In this document: piece after piece, positions 62,493 through 64,000 of the stretch
Numbering within the stretch: the stretch's first letter is position 1
Layout: every line of letters begins with the position of its first letter
Assembly (NCBI GenBank): GCA_051294375.1
Contig: CM119266.1
Coordinates: 4,886,742 to 4,950,741, forward strand
Length of the DNA: 64,000 nt
Origin: Paraspadella gotoi
Lineage: Eukaryota; Animalia; Chaetognatha
Direction: 5' to 3'
The notes under the pieces: generated by a model
What the model saw: the letters and a program-made list of their open reading frames with translations, nothing else
Told to the model about the DNA's origin: nothing
The model's database searches: none
Made by a program: the position numbers and the translations under genes

Positions 62493-62618
62493 GTTTGAAG
62501 AATTACACGAAGCAGGAATTGCTGAAGGAGTTGTTGACGCCGACTTTGTTTCTCATCGTCACGATTCTTCAACTTCATTATTTCCATCATCCATTCATGG
62601 AAATGAGTTCATTTTCAG
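62493..62618 (+). CDS. Piezo: Piezo exon (GLKNYTKQELLKELLTPTLFLIVTILQLHYFHHPFMEMSSFS)
   Basis: gacag acceptor, G|gtgaag donor, phase 1 to 1; ILQLHYFHxPF motif. Confidence 0.92.
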
Positions 62619-63043
62619 GTGAAGAAATAGAGTTTTGATGGGGATGATTTTTTGGCTCTATTTTCTCAGATCTCCCCATTTCCGTTGCTTTATATCCCGG
62701 AATTTATTTTGAATTTAATATTTTTATGAATAAATTTTATTTCATGAAGGAGAAGGCAGTGCGAGTACAAAAATAAATTTAGTATTTAACTTCTATATAT
62801 TTTAAAATTTATGATCCAATTCCTGATTATAATCTTAAAATTTAACCTATCCTGAACCCTAACCCTCACTCGTAACTTTAAACTCTGTTCCCTAACCTTA
62901 ATCACTCAATATCTAACCTTAATCATTAGCTTAATCCTTAACATTAACCTTCAACTAAACATATAACTTAAAAAAATGAAGTTAATTCCGAATTTACAAT
63001 TAATTGGGCTGCTTTGGGAAAATAAATCCTGATTTTCTTGACG

Positions 63044-63157
63044 GCGGCAGATGAGAGATGATATTTAAGGTGATTAGCGGCAGATGATTGTAAAAGTGAA
63101 TGATGATATTTAAGGTTGCGGCAGATGATTGTAAAAGTGAAAGATGATATTTAAGGT
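63044..63157 (+). repeat. ~41-bp tandem repeat (gcggcagatgattgtaaaagtgaa.gatgatatttaaggt) running into a gap
   Basis: Direct reading; 2 full copies and 1 shortened copy before the N run. Confidence 0.85.
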
Positions 63158-64000
63158 NNNNNNNNNNNNNNNNNNNNNNNNNNNNNNNNNNNNNNNNNNN
63201 NNNNNNNNNNNNNNNNNNNNNNNNNNNNNNNNNNNNNNNNNNNNNNNNNNNNNNNNNNNNNNNNNNNNNNNNNNNNNNNNNNNNNNNNNNNNNNNNNNNN
63301 NNNNNNNNNNNNNNNNNNNNNNNNNNNNNNNNNNNNNNNNNNNNNNNNNNNNNNNNNNNNNNNNNNNNNNNNNNNNNNNNNNNNNNNNNNNNNNNNNNNN
63401 NNNNNNNNNNNNNNNNNNNNNNNNNNNNNNNNNNNNNNNNNNNNNNNNNNNNNNNNNNNNNNNNNNNNNNNNNNNNNNNNNNNNNNNNNNNNNNNNNNNN
63501 NNNNNNNNNNNNNNNNNNNNNNNNNNNNNNNNNNNNNNNNNNNNNNNNNNNNNNNNTATGAAGAGCCTAGTAACCAAGCATTGGAATAACTCTAAAGTGC
63601 GCCTCCCAATATTTTACCGTCTCCCCTGCCTCTCTCGCCGCCGCCGCCGCAGCAGTCGCCGCAGCAGCAGCAGCCGTCGTCAACCTTTCCCCTCCTTGTT
63701 TACCGAATTAAAAACCGGAAAATAACGAATTTCCAATTTTCCTTCCTTCACCTCTTCCTCCTCCTCCTCCTCCTCTTTGAAATTTTTTTTATAATTTTCT
63801 TTCTTTTTCGTTTCGAGTTTTTCTTTTTTTCCCTATTTTTAATTTCTTTCTTTTTCTTGTTCCTCCTTCTTCCTTTTCGTTTTCTCCTGTTTTCTCTGTC
63901 ATCTTTTATTTTCTTCATACCTTTCCTTCCTTCCTTTCTTTCGTCTTCTCTCTCTCTCCTTATTCCTTTCTTCCTTTCTTTTCTATTTTTTTATCTTTTC

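Larger units (their letters stand above)
22860..62618 (+). other. Piezo: Piezo-family mechanosensitive ion channel gene, internal multi-exon segment (N-terminal blade region; start and stop not identified in window)
   Basis: Ten GT-AG exons read manually; phases chain correctly except one junction (56196 to 58166). The translation follows, in order, recalled Piezo motifs (QSYxxxLIxMMxWSxTYHSxLTFxLLLWACLIW; LLxKYWIxVC; YxMxVLxxxYTxQF; LQLHYFH). Confidence 0.93.

Noticed and set aside
53338-63725. ORFs containing long X runs
   Set aside because: Artefacts of translating N gaps.

Overview
Eukaryotic (animal, invertebrate-type) genomic DNA: AT-rich introns, abundant (AG)n/(CT)n microsatellites, minisatellites and N-gaps. 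Nearly all ORFs in the six-frame track are low-complexity noise. Manual exon reading gives two real genes. (1) On the + strand, about 10 GT-AG exons (22860-62618) of a Piezo mechanosensitive channel, covering part of the N-terminal blade (motifs QSYVLSLIIMM-WS..HSLLTFILLLWACLIW, SPYVVLYAELLLLAQYIYGLNL, LLAKYWIMVC, YSMVVLVLLYTYQF, LQLHYFHHPF); the gene runs past both ends of this segment. (2) On the - strand, entirely inside one Piezo intron, an apparently complete 3-exon gene of about 199 aa (32384-26875) for a MARCH-type membrane E3 ubiquitin ligase (C4HC3 RING-CH, 2 TM helices, acidic tail); its RING exons are missed by the ORF track. Much of the large-scale structure (tandem and inverted duplications at 25-N gaps, a 9-kb insertion-riddled re-copy at 41.7-50.9 kb, stops and frameshifts in Piezo exons) looks like long-read gap-filling artefact rather than biology. 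Family calls rest on motifs recalled from memory, not on database searches. No CRISPR array, rRNA, intact tRNA or intact transposon ORF was found.
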